The notes under the pieces are model-generated. The model was not told the origin of the DNA. It did not search any database and saw only the letters and a list, made by a program, of their open reading frames with translations. Shown piece by piece: positions 40,694 through 54,307 of a stretch of DNA of 64,000 nucleotides; the first letter of the stretch is position 1; each line of letters begins with the position of its first letter. Position numbers and translations under genes: made by a program. Source of the stretch: Chlorokybus atmophyticus. Taxonomy: Eukaryota; Plantae; Mesostigma and Chlorokybus algae. Location of the stretch: contig RHPI01003642.1 of the NCBI GenBank assembly GCA_009103225.1, forward strand, positions 1 to 64,000. The letters are read 5' to 3'.

Positions 40694-40860
40694 GATGGGG
40701 TGGTAGTAGTAGTTGTAGGTGGCAGTTGTAGGTGGTAGACAATTCAACAGCGTGCTATAATCCGATGGTCGTGAAGGTGCATGTTTGTGCACCGTGCTAT
40801 GTTGTGCATGTGAGTTGTGGAATACATGCAACAAATACTGTCAGCGTCCTTTTGTACACT
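40694..40860 (+). repeat. Possible degenerate fourth copy (D) of the dispersed repeat
   Basis: GATGGGGTGGTAGTAGTAG..GTAGGTGGTAGAC, with TTTTGTACACT about 155 nt later, a spacing similar to copies B and C. The central CCC is missing. Confidence 0.3.
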
Positions 40861-41156
40861 GTTGAACAAGAGCAGTATTCAGATGGTAATATCTCAACAT
40901 TATGCACACAACTCTCACCTGCAACAGCAATCACGACCAAACGGAAAGTGTCACCAAGCTTACGACGTTCAAGCCAAACACGGATACTTCATCACAGCTG
41001 AAGCAGCTGCAATAATTCAAAAAATGATTTCGCACTTGACTTTAACTGAAAAGCCCTTGCCATAGTATTGCAGCAGCTCAAGAGTACACTCACAAGCCTG
41101 TTGCATCGGCAAGCTATGGGAGGATGACGCTTCTATCTGCATGCCTTAGTGTGTTG

Positions 41157-43943
41157 TCAGGTTATGCGCAGCGTCCACGTCGTTAAGGCCACACTCAAGA
41201 TTGATGTCTTTCTACAAGAGGGTTTCCTAGAGAAAGCGCAGTTCTGCCACCTGTGCCCATTACAATTTCCCACCCAGCTGAGGCAGCGACTGTAGCTGAT
41301 ATCTGCCAGCTCAGACCAAACTTCGCTCAGGGCATACACTGTCCAGACTCTCAAGACACTTTGAGTTGCTTGCAACCTTCATGGCCCGGCCGGCGTGGTA
41401 GCACCTACCTGCGCAATTGCTATGCCACTGAGCGTATGCTCACATCCAGAGCAAACGAGACTGCTGTGAATCCATACGTACCTCAGGCCGCTTGATGTCC
41501 TGTCTGGGACACGCAGCAAGCTGCTGAGTTGTCTACAACCAGCAAGCCTATCACCTTTCAGATGAAGCGCTCGGTGCCACTCCCTCCAAAGATGCACGTG
41601 CTGTGCTGAGTGCAGCACAACACATAACACACTGGTTGAAGGGAGGTATGCACGTAACTGCGCATGCCAGATGTCTGGACTCAACACTTCTACTGCTGCA
41701 GCTGACAGCAACTCCAATGTTAAACAGCGCCCACTCACTCTGCTCCCTGTTCACATCACCACTGAGCAGATGCCGCGGTACAGCGTCTGGCACAGGTCAA
41801 AGATCTGTCGTGCCGCCACAGCAGCGTCACGCGGCCCATTGCGCCCGCAGCGCAGCCCAGGCAGGCTGCTCTCTTCACTGACCGACCAGCGATTGTCCTC
41901 CTCCTCCTCTTCCTCCTCATCCATGTCTTCGCGCCCCTCGTCACCTTCTTTGCAATTGCTGCTATCATTGTGACCAGTGATATGCGTCTTCAGCCATGCA
42001 TCAAGCTTGGCATCCAGCACCCTGTTCACAGCGCCCAACAGCCCCGCGTGCGGCGCAGACGCGGTTTGAAGCACCTTGCCCGCATGCACATGGCGCTCCT
42101 TGAGTAGAGCTGGCAACACAACAGCCTGCACATGACGCTCCTCAAACAAGCAGTTGCATGACATCCGTTGAGGGCCAAACTAACTATTCAAGCACAACCT
42201 GCCTACCATGCTTATGCCAGCACGTGGCCCATAATGCTGCTCAAACAGCGCTGTGTCAAGCTTCGACTGTCGCCACACCATCTCACGCTCGGTCACTGCG
42301 CTCTGCAACTTCAACAGATTAGATCACAAACCAGCAAGAACGAGCAGCGCTGAGCTCATGCTTACATACCTTGAGGCGCACCAGCCTTGGCCGTGACAAC
42401 AGATAACTCTCTGCTCCTGCCACCATGCCAGCTGCCTCGTCATGCTCGTCTCCATTGCTACACAACACCCGTAGCATCGCAAGATGATGATGATGCGAGA
42501 ACCCATTGTGGTGGTCTTCCATTGCTCCGTCCTGCTCATCACCATGACCTTCGGCCCCGCCAACAGCCGGGCTCTCAAGCTGCAGTAGCTGCCAGCGGCA
42601 GCGTGCAATGGCACAATCCAACTCGCTACTTGGAAACCGCGTGGAAGAATACACTCCACCATCTACTCTGTCTCCTCCTTGCTGCTGCTCCTCTGAGCTT
42701 GGAAGTGCCTGCGCAGGGAGAAAATTTTCCGTTCGTCGGCGTCGTTTGCGCACTGGGCCGAGCGAGTCGTCGCCGCCGTCTTGCCACAACCACGACTGCG
42801 TGCAGTGCACTGGCTGTGCGTGCGGTAGGGAGCCCGCCTCCGGACGTGCAGCCACCAAGCCTTCGCCTCTTGGGGTGTTGGTGGGAGCAGATGTTGCTGC
42901 AGTTGCCATTGGCATGGGGGAGTCGGATGACTCTCGCGCTGCTGGCAACCGGTTGTTGGCGGCCACTGATGGCGATGCAGCAGCCTGTTATGGACAAGAC
43001 GGGATCAAACAACCCATAGCCATGCATGCGTGCATGTGCAGATGATCACGCTCATGTTCATGCCTGGTTCTGTGTACCTTCAAGAGGGATGTCAGCTCAT
43101 TGTGCTTGGTGGCAGCATAAGATCTTCGGCCAACCAGCCGTATCTGCAACGCCTGCACCTGCCAGGCACCCAAAGTTTTCATGCTTTACACTTTGCAATT
43201 CATGCGCTTCCTGTGCGTACAGATTTGATCTATTACATGCAAGCTTGCACCAATGCACAGTTGCAAGATTGATGGGACGACGTTGGCTGGCGTGGTCGCA
43301 AGAACGAACGAACACCCGTGCGATTCAGTGTCAACCCCTTAAGCTATGGCACACCAACGGCGCATGGCTTATGCCAAACAAGGCAGCCAGCTTGAGGGAG
43401 AGTTACTGAGGAGACTGTGTGCATTGCAGTGGCACTCATGTGTCTCACCTGGTCCAGTGGCAGCGCCTGCAGCGGCGGCAAGTCCAGCCTCAGACGGTCC
43501 CTCACTCCCGTCACGTTCAGCGCCCCACAATGCCCGCAAAACGTCCTGCATGCAAACTGCGCTGCGTCAACAACTCAACGTGGTTCTGAAGTGACAACCC
43601 CCTACGACAGTGGGCGTGCATGCTCAGCTTGCGAACACCCAAGCTGTGAATGCAATCTGCATACATCGCATGCAAGCGTCAGTGAGCGCAGCAGCAGTTG
43701 CAGTGCTCGCCTTGCGTATGAAGAAGTTGCGCCACTTGCAGGTGGTTGTTGCTGGGGTACAATCGGCAGGAGGGCATGGCAGCTGACGCACGGCCACACC
43801 TTGGCTCCGCACGACGCGCACGCCAGCGACACCGCCGTCCACACGGTGACGACGGCGGCGGCGGTCGACCCAGCATCGCTTTCAGGCCATGTCCCGGGCA
43901 GCTCCGCCAGCGCCGCCCGCACTCCGCACGCCGGACATTGCAT
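41157..43943 (-). CDS. Multi-exon hypothetical protein with an N-terminal CxxC..CxxC; 3-prime end uncertain
   Basis: Long minus-strand open exons bounded by GT/AG (42966-42360, about 42130-41760); first exon MQCPACG..LACASCGAK|gt; sits 520 bp head-to-head with the F-box gene. No family recognised. Confidence 0.5.
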
Positions 43944-44462
43944 GACTGACTCTCCCCAACCTGTCTCCTTTAAGGGCCCTGCCGCCCACCTCCCCCTGGC
44001 AACCACCCCCACCGCCGCCCAGCCCGAACCCTCTTCAAAACCCCCAAAAGGTCCCAACCACACCCCCAACTCCGGTCCTGAACTCAGCCAAATCTCCCGC
44101 CCTACCAGTGTACCGTACATTGTGTACGACGGGCCCCCAGAAGCCCAAATCATGGAAATCATGACATTTCCCGCGTAGAAAGTTCTTGGCTATTGTTCAA
44201 AAGATCACACGGTAGATCGGGAGACAGCAGGAGGATTTACTTTTCTGCGCATCACAAACGATTGGAATCGCACTTGTAGGCAGGCGTAGCCGTATAGGCA
44301 ATGCAATCAACGATGATTAGTGGGCTTTCAGGGCTTGGTTGGAACCTACACTTTAGCGAAGCTGCCACGTGTGGGTTTGTTGGTGCTTTGGGGGGAAAAT
44401 CAGGGAGGAGAGAGGGACAGACAGGCGTTGGTGTGCGGCGGCGGCGGCGGCGGCGGGTGGGG

Positions 44463-46129
44463 ATGGAGGGGCGGAGGGCGCCCGGGGCGTTGGGACCAAC
44501 GTCGGCGTGGTCGTCAGCGGTGGAGCAGTTGCCGGTCGAGCTGGTGGGCGAGGTTCTGGCGCACCTGGACGGCGCCAGTCTCGCTAGGGCGACCTGCGTC
44601 TCCCGCCGCTGGAGGGACTGCGCTGCCAGGGACGAGCTCTGGCAGGGGGTCTGCGCTCGGCGCTGGCCCGTCTTCCGACAGGTATGCGTTGCGGGGATGG
44701 GTATGCTTTGGTAGGGCGGGAAACGGAGAGCCTGGCAAGGAGAGAGTATTACCACCCCTTCCCCACCTCCCTTTCCCATTTCTCTTACTTCTTTGATCTG
44801 CGAGAGATTGCCTACCTTGCACCCCCAGAACAAGGGTTGTAGGTGGGACACTTACTTTATTACTTACTTTATTTTTGTAGACTGTGCACATATTCCAGTG
44901 CTCGCGCGCCTTTGAACTTCGGCTGTGTGTAACAGTCTCCTCATCGCCAGAAACGCCTCACGTCTGTTTCAATTTGGGGTGGCGGGGTTCAAGATTGTAT
45001 TTACAAAGCACGTGTTCTTGATGCCCTTCAAGCTTGATAATATGTGAACCAGGTTTAATGAAAGATTCGCACTGCGCGCAAGACCATATTGTGGTGATTG
45101 GTCGTGTTGCTCTTGACGGTCTGCATGGGACAGTTTCACGAAGCGCCAGCCAATGAAACAGCGTGCATGAGGGTACCAGCTGTTGACAGCGCGCTCACCA
45201 CGTTGTGTCGCAGGTGAAGCGCAGCAAAGCGTCGTCCTACAAGCAGCTGTACGCGCAGTTGGGGAACTTTAGCGATGAGCAGGCAGCTTTAGACGGCGAG
45301 GAGCTGTTCGCATCACAGCCGGACGTGAGCCTCGCTGATCTCTCCCTAGTGCTGGACGTCACATGGCAAGGCTCACCGGTGAGTGTGTTGTCATTATCAC
45401 GCACGCATGTCATTGTATTGCAATTGAGTACTGCTACAGCTCTGAAACTGACATACCACTCTCTCTCGGCATGCAGATTCTCCAAAGCATCGTGCCGGGG
45501 CAGCTTCTGAAAGAGCTATGTACTTCTATCCTCAGCATGCGGCCTCAGACGACAGCCGGCCACCTGCTGGGGTTCCGCGCGGAACACGCCGTCGGGGGCT
45601 GCAGCGCCAACTGTCTTCGCTGCGCGCGTGTGCTTGTGCATGCCATCCGCCATTCCGATGGCGGTGTCGCGCGACTGCTGGACTCCGCTCGCGATCTTGC
45701 AGAGGTGAGACTTGTTAGCAGCATCATGATGCGCGCATTTGTAGGAAGGTTTACGGACAGAGGGTTGACACCATGCATGGTTTGTATCCGCAGATGAAGT
45801 TTGCTCCGCCTACCCTTGTGTTGCAAAGGCAGCTGAAGTTGCCAGACGGCAATGTCAACATGCACGCTGAGTTGAAGCTGCCTGAGTTGCGGCGCTCCCT
45901 ATCAGGCGAGGAGAAAGATGACGAGGAGGAGGAAAGGGAGGATACAGTTGCTGATGTTGCCAGTGGCGCCGATGGTGACGCACACACAGGTGGCTGCGCA
46001 AAGCACTGTCTGCGCTCGCTGATGCTGTGCTCCCACCTCGTGTATGAGGGCGCCTCCCACGTGTCCATCCGCGTGGGTATTGTGCTGCTGGAGCAGTTTT
46101 TGAGGCACGCAGACGTCACTTGGTTTTGA
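44463..46129 (+). CDS. F-box protein, 4 exons
   Basis: EQLPVELVGEVLAHLDGASLARATCVSRRWRDCAARDELWQGVCARRWP; later LADLSLVLDVTW; ends LLEQFLRHADVTWF*. Confidence 0.85.
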
Positions 46130-47101
46130 AGTGTAGTGCGCTGCTAGCGTTGGGGTTGGCGTAGTTTGTGTGTGATTAAGAGAGTAGCACTGCTTGCTGT
46201 GACAGCATTGTTGCCTGTCACAGGTATGTATTGTACAGTAGTAGGGTTGGTCTAGGTGGCCTTCTCCTATCCCTTGTCAAGTAGCTAGATCTAACTGATG
46301 AGAGTGTGGGGTTGGGTATTGAATTGAGTACATTCCTTCGCAATAACTGTGTTGGGATTGCACGTATGGTGGTTGCGCCAGACACATTGGTAGCGTAAGC
46401 TGGACCCATACTGCTAGCACTGCATGTGCGTGCTCGTGATAATTGGTGAAGATATCCATGGGACTTCGAAGCAACTTCACCGCGCCTCAAGTATTGACCC
46501 ACAACACGTCTATCATGGGTACAATGCTCCGACTACTACCTAACTCTGATGACAATGTTGTTGGTTGAAATATCTACCATTGCGGTGGAGCCTCACTTGG
46601 CTCTACCTGCGATGTACCCAGTGCAACGACAAGGCATAAGCATTGTGATGTCAGCAAGGGGAATGGGTACGATCTGGTCTTGTTCATCGCGGCATATATT
46701 CATGCTAGTGCAAGCAAAGTGCAAACGTATTGAACTGGCGTTGTTGGCATGAAATACCAAGTGGTGCTTAGCATTAGTACAAAAATTGTTGGCTAAGCAC
46801 CAATAGTCAATTTTCGATATCCAGAAGGATTTTTTGTCCATACATGTCCAGTTTGATCATCGCTTGTTAGGACCATTTGCTGAAGTAGGCCTGAACAGGC
46901 TAAACTGGATCACCAACAGGTTGATCTTGACAAAGTTCATTCATCCCCACCCGGCAATCGTGTAATAATTGCTAAACACCTAGGCACACAAAGGCTCCAG
47001 AGCATGTAGGCAACTGGAATCTCATTGTGCAGCAATAACTGCAGACCAACACAGACAACTCCTTCACTCCTCTGCTTGACATATACACACTGACACACAC
47101 G

Positions 47102-49108
47102 CTACTGCACAGCGATTTGGAGTAAATTCCTCTTATCCAGGAACCCGATAACTTGGTCCGAGACAGCCCACATGATGGCCTGTCCCGGTGGTATACGCAT
47201 TAGTCTCGGAAGTAGTCCCTTCCATAGCGCTGGAAACCCCTCTTCGCGTGCCGTGAGCAGGATGCAATGCACCATGCCTTTGTACTTTGGGGTATGATCG
47301 GCGGCGGCCCGGCCTTGAGCCATGAGACGGGTCTTGGCCACATCGAATGGACCCGTCGCGCACGGGCCGAACATACCAGCCAGGAAGCCGGATAACATCG
47401 ACTGTTGCGGTTTCAACACCACGCCATCGCCCTCCTGCTTACCCCACAGATGCACGTCGAAGAAGTTCTTCGCCCAGAACATCGCCGCCTAAACAGTGTA
47501 CATGTGCACTTGTGTGTGTATGCATGTGTGTATGTGCATGTTCGCACGCGTCTGTATATGTGTGCGTGCGTGTATGCGCGTGCGCGTGCGCGTGCGTGCT
47601 GCTGTGAGTATGACTGTCACTGTGACCATCTCCGGTGGCATGCGTATACCTGGTTTGTGCCGTTGCGCATGACTGTGGGTGCTGCGCCGCTCCATAGTCC
47701 GCGCAGGCCCTCCTCCCTGAGTATGAGCCCCGCCGTGTGGACCGGCCCCTTATACTTGAGCGTCTCCCTCACCATGCCCCTCTGCTGCTGAAGACGGATC
47801 TTCACAACCTGCGCACACACTCTCGCTAAGTTGCTGAGAGAGCCATCATCCAAGGACGAAGACAACTCGCAACAAAGACAAGCACACTTCTGCATATTGG
47901 CACTCGGTCACACACCTCAAAGGGAGTGACGATGACGAGGGCCTCTGTCACGCCCGCCCCAAAGCCTGCGAGCATGCGTCTCGCAGGCGTCAGCATCCCC
48001 GTCTCTCGTGACCTCAACGCCGACTGCGGGTCAACAACCAGCAGATTGGACGTGTTACTAACAATGACAACAACAACAACAACAGCGACTCCCGCTGCTG
48101 GTGGTGCATGAGCTTGCCTGAAAGACGGCGTTGGTGCCCATGCGCAGGCCGTACTTGAGCGTGAGATGCGTTGCGAAGGGGGTCAGACCCTTCCACAGCG
48201 ACCGCAACCCTTCCTCCCGCGTGACCTGTGATAATGACATGAGAATGACTGCATGCCTTATACTGCATTGGTTGCGTGCATGTGAGAAGCGTATGCATGT
48301 GCGGCAATGTTGAAATGGACCTGTGCTAGAGTGCCGGAAATGCCCCCGTGGTAGCGCCCCGCCCTGTCCAGCTGCAACCGCGTCTTCACCACGTCCATCG
48401 GCTGAAACCCAGAAAGCACCACACCATCAGACCATGAGTACCACGTGCTTGGTGCAAGATTGTTTTGACTCTAGCAGGTGCACAAGACCGCAGGACAAGG
48501 ACTGCCATTGGATGATCTGATGCGACCCACTCTACAGCTTCATCTTGTTTGTATTTTTAGATTCCCCTGTCTCCATAACTCTCATGCCTAGAGGAGATTA
48601 ACCTTACAGGCCTCACTTGCTCGACCGACATGGCGCCCGTTGTGTGCATTGCTGCTCGTTTGCGCACTCGCAAACTCACAGGCCATTTCTCTGACTTGGA
48701 CACAGCAGAGGGCGAAACAAGGCAATAACGATGAGGCATTGGCATCTGAGAATTGAACCAGCCAAAACAACAACACCAACGCAACACGACACAGTGCAGA
48801 GAACGATACCACAGGCACTCCCACGTCAACCCTCACCCTGTGACAGTCACATTCGCGTGATTCGTTTTTCCCCGTGTTTGCTAATCTGGACTCTCTACCT
48901 TTTCACATCTCTCACATGTCTTTTGTACCTGCAGGCAGCATGCCTCGATGACGCCTCCGACGGATCCCGCCATGGCCCTGGCGGCGGGGCTGGCGGTCGT
49001 CCGACGGTCGTTGTGGCCCATCCTGTCCATCCGCCGTGGCTGAGGAGCGGACGAGGAGGCGACATCATCAGACACAGCGGCGGCGGTGGTCGCCTTGAGC
49101 GGTTCCAT
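47102..49108 (-). CDS. SFC1: Mitochondrial succinate/fumarate carrier
   Basis: AGSVGGVIEACCLQ|PMDVVKTRLQLD; LWKGLTPFATHLTLKYGLRMGTNA; VTPFE|VVKIRLQQQRG; LWSGAAPTVMRNGTNQ; TGPFDVAKTRLMAQ; PPGQAIMWAVSDQ. One GC-AG intron (48117-48024). Confidence 0.95.
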
Positions 49109-49824
49109 CAACGGCAGCGCCCGCCGGGCAGGACGGGCGAGGAGAGGACCTGTTCGCACAGCTACTACTCTGCTACAGCCGCCACCGCATTGTGACTGTC
49201 AGGATGAGAGAAGTAGTAGAGAGAGAGCTTGTCTGTGGCAGCTGCTGCCCGGTTTCAACGCCGCCTTCTCACGCCGCTATCGCCACCCCTCCCGAGCTTG
49301 ACCGACAAGGCGACGTGCACCCCGCTCATGTACTCTGGAATGCAGAGTTTTTCGCATGCGCATACAAGAATGTGCTGTCGTTGAACTTGTGGGCCGCTGG
49401 GTCACCACCGCCGCCGCCTTGCCGCCACCCCCGCACCTCAATCCAGTGCATGCATATCCACTCGCTCGCGCACGCCTCTCTCTCGCTCTCTTTCCCAGCC
49501 CCCAGGTGGCAATCTTAAACGGGCTGAGGCGCAGCCTCGATATCGTACATCACAGCGCCCGACAGCGCCTGCCTACTCCGATACCGTTTCCCTTCCTGAC
49601 CCGCTTTCAGCGGCAGATGACGGCGCCGCTTGTAGTTCGCGCGAGTCGCGCTGCCACGTGTCACATCGTTATCATCAACCTGGTTGAGATATCTCTCTCC
49701 TTGCCCTCTCAAGTCACGTGACAGGGGCCATCCTCCTCCTCCCCCTCCTTGTTGGTCGCGGAGCAGGTGAGCAACACCGCCGCCGCCGCCGCCGCCGCTG
49801 TGAGAGGTGGTACAGTGCCGTGCG

Positions 49825-52800
49825 ATGGGTCAGGAGGGGTCGCCGGCGAGGCCTTCCAGTGCGGTGTCTGTGTCGGGCGGTGGTGGTGGGGGCGGCGGTG
49901 GGAGGAGGGTGAGGGCGGGAGGGGTGGAGCTGGCGGGGGGAGGGGAGAGCGCCATCATCGTGCACTACTCCGTGAGCACGCACACAGACTCACTCTATGA
50001 CACACAGAGCGATGTTGAAACAGGACCACTCCCATACTACTTGTTATGCAGTAGTAGATCAGTCCGTCTCCTCAACAGTGCATTGATCCAACAGATGTCT
50101 GTTGTTGGCTTTCAGGTAGAACAGACGGGCCTAGCGGACGACGGCAACACAATCAGACGGGACTGGAAGGAGTGCACAAAAAGGTAAGAGCACATAAGAC
50201 CATCGGTCCAACACCATTCACATGCTCGTACACTCAGCTGTATAAGTAATCCTTCACATCGTTCGTGCATCCCGATACATACAGATGCACCACCACCACC
50301 ACCACCATCACAGTCTCATCCTCATCATGATGATATCTTAGTTATTCCCAACCCAGGATACGCGTGAAACCGCCGTCACCCAACGCCGATCTCTCCTCTC
50401 TTGCATCTGAAATCATAGACGCCTGCCGCCTGATCCACCGCTCGCGCGTCGGGGACGTCGAGCGCTTGCTTCGTGAGTTGCAGACGAGACAACAACAATC
50501 GCAACACAAAGGAGATGAGGATGGGGAGGGGATGGTGAGGAGGGATAGGGTGTGGATGGTCAGGGAGGAGGAGGAGGAGGGGGAGGGGGAGGGGGAGGGA
50601 ATGGGGGAGGAAGCGGATGTGAGGAGGATGGAGGAGTATATGGAACAGCTGTACGAGGACATGCCGCTGAAGGTAGGGAGGGCTGAGAAGTGTGGGTGGG
50701 TGGGTATGTGGGGTCGCTTGGTGGTTGTGGTTGTGGCTGAAGAAGGGAGTAAAAGTGACTGTGATATCAGGTTGCAGCTACGAGGCGGATTGCGCAGCTG
50801 GCGCGCAGGGTGGAGAACCTCGAAATCCTGGCAGGCCATGAGACTCTGCTGGTGCGCATGCTTGCGTGTATATGTTCACGTGTTATACTTGCGCAAGTGC
50901 GCATGCACATGTGTACAGTGGTGTTTGCATCTGTGACAAAGTCGAGCAAATGCAGGGCGCACTGGCTCGCGTGGTGCGCGAGGAGGGCGCCAAGAGCCTG
51001 GACCTCTCCCTCCACATCGCCCACGTCTTCTTCGCCCTCTCCAACTTTTCCCACTTCCACCAAGTCAGTGCACCCACCACATCATTATCCCCATCCAAGT
51101 CACCATCAACCTCTAACCCTCAACAACACACTCCTCCTCCCCCCTCCCAGGTGCTGGTGGAGCAGCAGGTGGGCGTGGTGACCATGCAGATGGTGGAGCT
51201 GGAGCTCAAGCGCCTCAAGGCACGGGGAGAGAAGGAGGACAACATGCTGATGTTTAGACCACAAACAGGGGGGGAGATGAGTGAGGGGCAGCAGAGGACT
51301 CTTCTTGCTGCACGCAAACAGGTAGGTGATGGTGAGGATGAGCATGCTTGATCTGTAGAGTGCTATGTTGGTGTTGATGTGGGGGTTGATGGTATGTGTG
51401 TGTGTGTAAACAGGAGAAGCTGGTGTACGTGTGCCTGTATCTGCTGCTCAACATGGCTGAGGACGTAGGCATCGAGCGCAAGATGAAGAAGCGCAACCTC
51501 GTTGTAAGAGACACAATGCACACACGGCAAACAATAACATCTACAACCTCGTTTAACACCTGATACTGATTTGCCCTCAGGAGATGCTGTGCCAGCTGTT
51601 GACCCGCCACAGCGTTGAGCTCCTTTTCCTGTATGCATCTCTCAGATCTTGCTGTAGTCCAACTTGTGCGGAAGAAGTGCGCAATCAACATGCATTCTTG
51701 ATGTGTGGCAGGGTGGTGGTGTTCCTGAAGAAGCTGTGCGTCTACCGCGAGAACGTGACGCGGGTGCGCGAGTGCGACGCGGTGCGCGATCTCGCACCCC
51801 TGCTTCAGTCCCCTAACCAGGCATGACAACAGTGATGCATCAACAGAAATAAATGACGACCAAGACGACGGCATTAGATGATATGATGATGTTCAGGCGC
51901 TGTTGCTGGTGGTGCTGAAGCTGCTCACCAACCTGTCTTTTGATCCAGCCCTGCGTGAAGCCATGGTAAGCTGTAGCAACAGCAACATTTAGGACAGCGA
52001 ACAACAGACACAACATACCTCATGCAATTGGGTGTATGGTCTTGCTCATTGTTGATGCATGTGCAGGTGAGAGCGGGCATGGTACCCAAGCTGGTGGACC
52101 TCCTGCAATACTCACCGCACACGCAGCCGGTGAGAGTCTGATGATGCAGGGTGCAAGTGGGAGAGACTTGAGCACGCATACACAGATGCAACTGATGCTA
52201 TCGAACAACAGGTCCTTGGAGTGCTGTATCAGCTCTCTATGGACACGAAGCACAGGGCGGTCTTCGCCACCACACGCGCCGCTCCACGCCTCCTACAGGC
52301 ACGCACTTAGCGTATGATGACACTAGTCACAGTAATCGTCATCGTTAGCATCATTCAACAGTCTCATGATCTCACTGTGTGCGGCGGTGCAGATTGTGCT
52401 GGAGTTGCCTCAGGCCTCTGCTCTTCCCGAGGCCGTGGCGCTGCTGATCAACCTCACGACAAGCGCACGCAACGCGCAGGCAAGCGCGCGCGTGGTCGTC
52501 GTTGTTGTGTGCCATGTGACGCATCCACAAACGTACACATGCACATTGTTTCATGTAACATGGCTATCTCGCACAGGCGCTCTTGGCGGAGAGGGACGCT
52601 CTGAGGGCTTTGGTCGCTCGTGCAATAGAGGCGCGCGACTCCCTTGTGGCCAAGGTCCTGCGCAACGTCAGCGAGCACAGAGACCTCCAGCCACGCTTCA
52701 CACAGTAAGCGACAGAGTATTTCAGTGTAACAAGCCATACAGATGCACACATGCGCGCGCGCACGCGCGCACACGCGGATCCACACATATGCTGAAGCGC

Positions 52801-54307
52801 GCGCATGAGCACACGTGGTGACTCCTTGTACAGCAACCAACAACGTTGCCTGCCATTGTGACAGCCACGTCAACGCCATTGCGGCTGCCATCAAGTCCCC
52901 CAACACCGACCCCAACCTCATGGTACAAACTCCACAGCACTGGGCACTGTAGTCAATGTCTGATTGGTTTTGGTGAATCGGGAGCAACGACTGTTTGTGT
53001 AGCTGGAGTTGGTTGGCACGCTGGGGGCGCTGTGCGGCGGCGGGTCGCGCGAGTGCGTGGTGGCGGTGGCGGACGCCGTGGTGCGGCACGACCTCGCACC
53101 CTTCCTCGCACGAGGCATGACGATCGACGCGTCACCGGACGACGCCATACTTGAAGTGAGTGTGCGTGAGGATGAGTCATAGTCATAGTCATGGTTAACA
53201 TGTGGTTGTGTGTGTAGTGATGCTGGCTGTGCTATCTCCTCTGTCTTGTAGTGTGTGGTGTTGGTGGGCAGAGTGGTGGGTGGTGGTAGCAGCCAGGCCG
53301 ATGCCGATGAGGAGGACGACGACATGAGTGACGATGGGGAGGGGACTGAGGAGGAGGAGGAGGAGGAGGAGGAGTTGCAAGCGAGAAGAGACAATCACAC
53401 TGCCCATACCGCCAGCTCCCGCAAGTGCGCGGAGGCACTGGCACGTGCGGGCGTGGCCGGGAGGCTTGCGGAGGTGGTGGGGATGCGTGCCGGCGACAGA
53501 GCCATACTCATGCAGGTGCATATAGCAGTAGTACTCTTTTTCTGTGACACTGAGTGCTCTATTGAGCAACACATACTCACCACATGTTGCTGCAGGCTCT
53601 CTATGCAATTTGGAGGTTTCTCGCGGTGCCCGCAACGCGCCAGGCCATCCTTGCGCTGCCTGAGGTATGTAGTGTAAGAAAGAAATGTTATTATGGCTTG
53701 GAAGGCACAACTGCAACAGCTGTGTGTGTGCGTGCAGCTTGTATATGCTTTGGTGGACCTTTGGCGCGCCAGCTCGTACAGCGATATACACCGGCTGGCC
53801 GATATGTGTCTTGACGAGGCTTCCGAGGGCGGGGGTGTCGATGATAACAACCATCCCAATGGTGGTGATAGCAACTCCTGGGCGGAGCAGATACGCAGGC
53901 TCAAGTTCAGAGCTCACAACACCGAGTGGGTCGCGTTGGTTGAGGTGAGTACTGGTGTGTGGATGTGTGCGTGAAAGGTGAACATGGGTGATGGTATGTG
54001 TGTTTGTCTGGCGCAGCGTGAGGGGGACAGTGAAGGTCATTATGAGGATGGGGATGAGGAGGAAGGTGAGAGCGATAGCGAGTATGATGAGGACGATGAC
54101 GCGTTTGGGATGCATCTTGGACACGAGCGCGTGAACTACGGAACACTATCACCCGCCGATGAGTAAGTGTGGGTGCAATTGTCTCCATGGTTATTATTGT
54201 TGTTGCCATGGTGGGGCGTAAAGCGCATATGGTTTATGTGGTATGTGCGCAGGGAGGAATATTGGGATGGCAATGAGGGGTATGCTCGACAATATGCGCA
54301 AGCGTAG
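49825..54307 (+). CDS. KAP3: Kinesin-associated protein (kinesin-2 non-motor subunit, FLA3/KIFAP3 family), about 18 exons
   Basis: SAIIVHYS; LASEIIDACRLIH; MEEYMEQLYED; QEKLVYVCLYLLLNMAEDVGIERKMKKRNL; LLTNLSFDPALR; ALLINL; IRRLKFRAHNTEW; acidic insertions; three GC-AG introns. Confidence 0.93.

Noticed and set aside
43417-44178. 253-aa plus-strand ORF and other long antisense ORFs in the track
   Set aside because: They overlap GC-rich first exons and promoters of opposite-strand genes and show no recognisable motif or splice structure.
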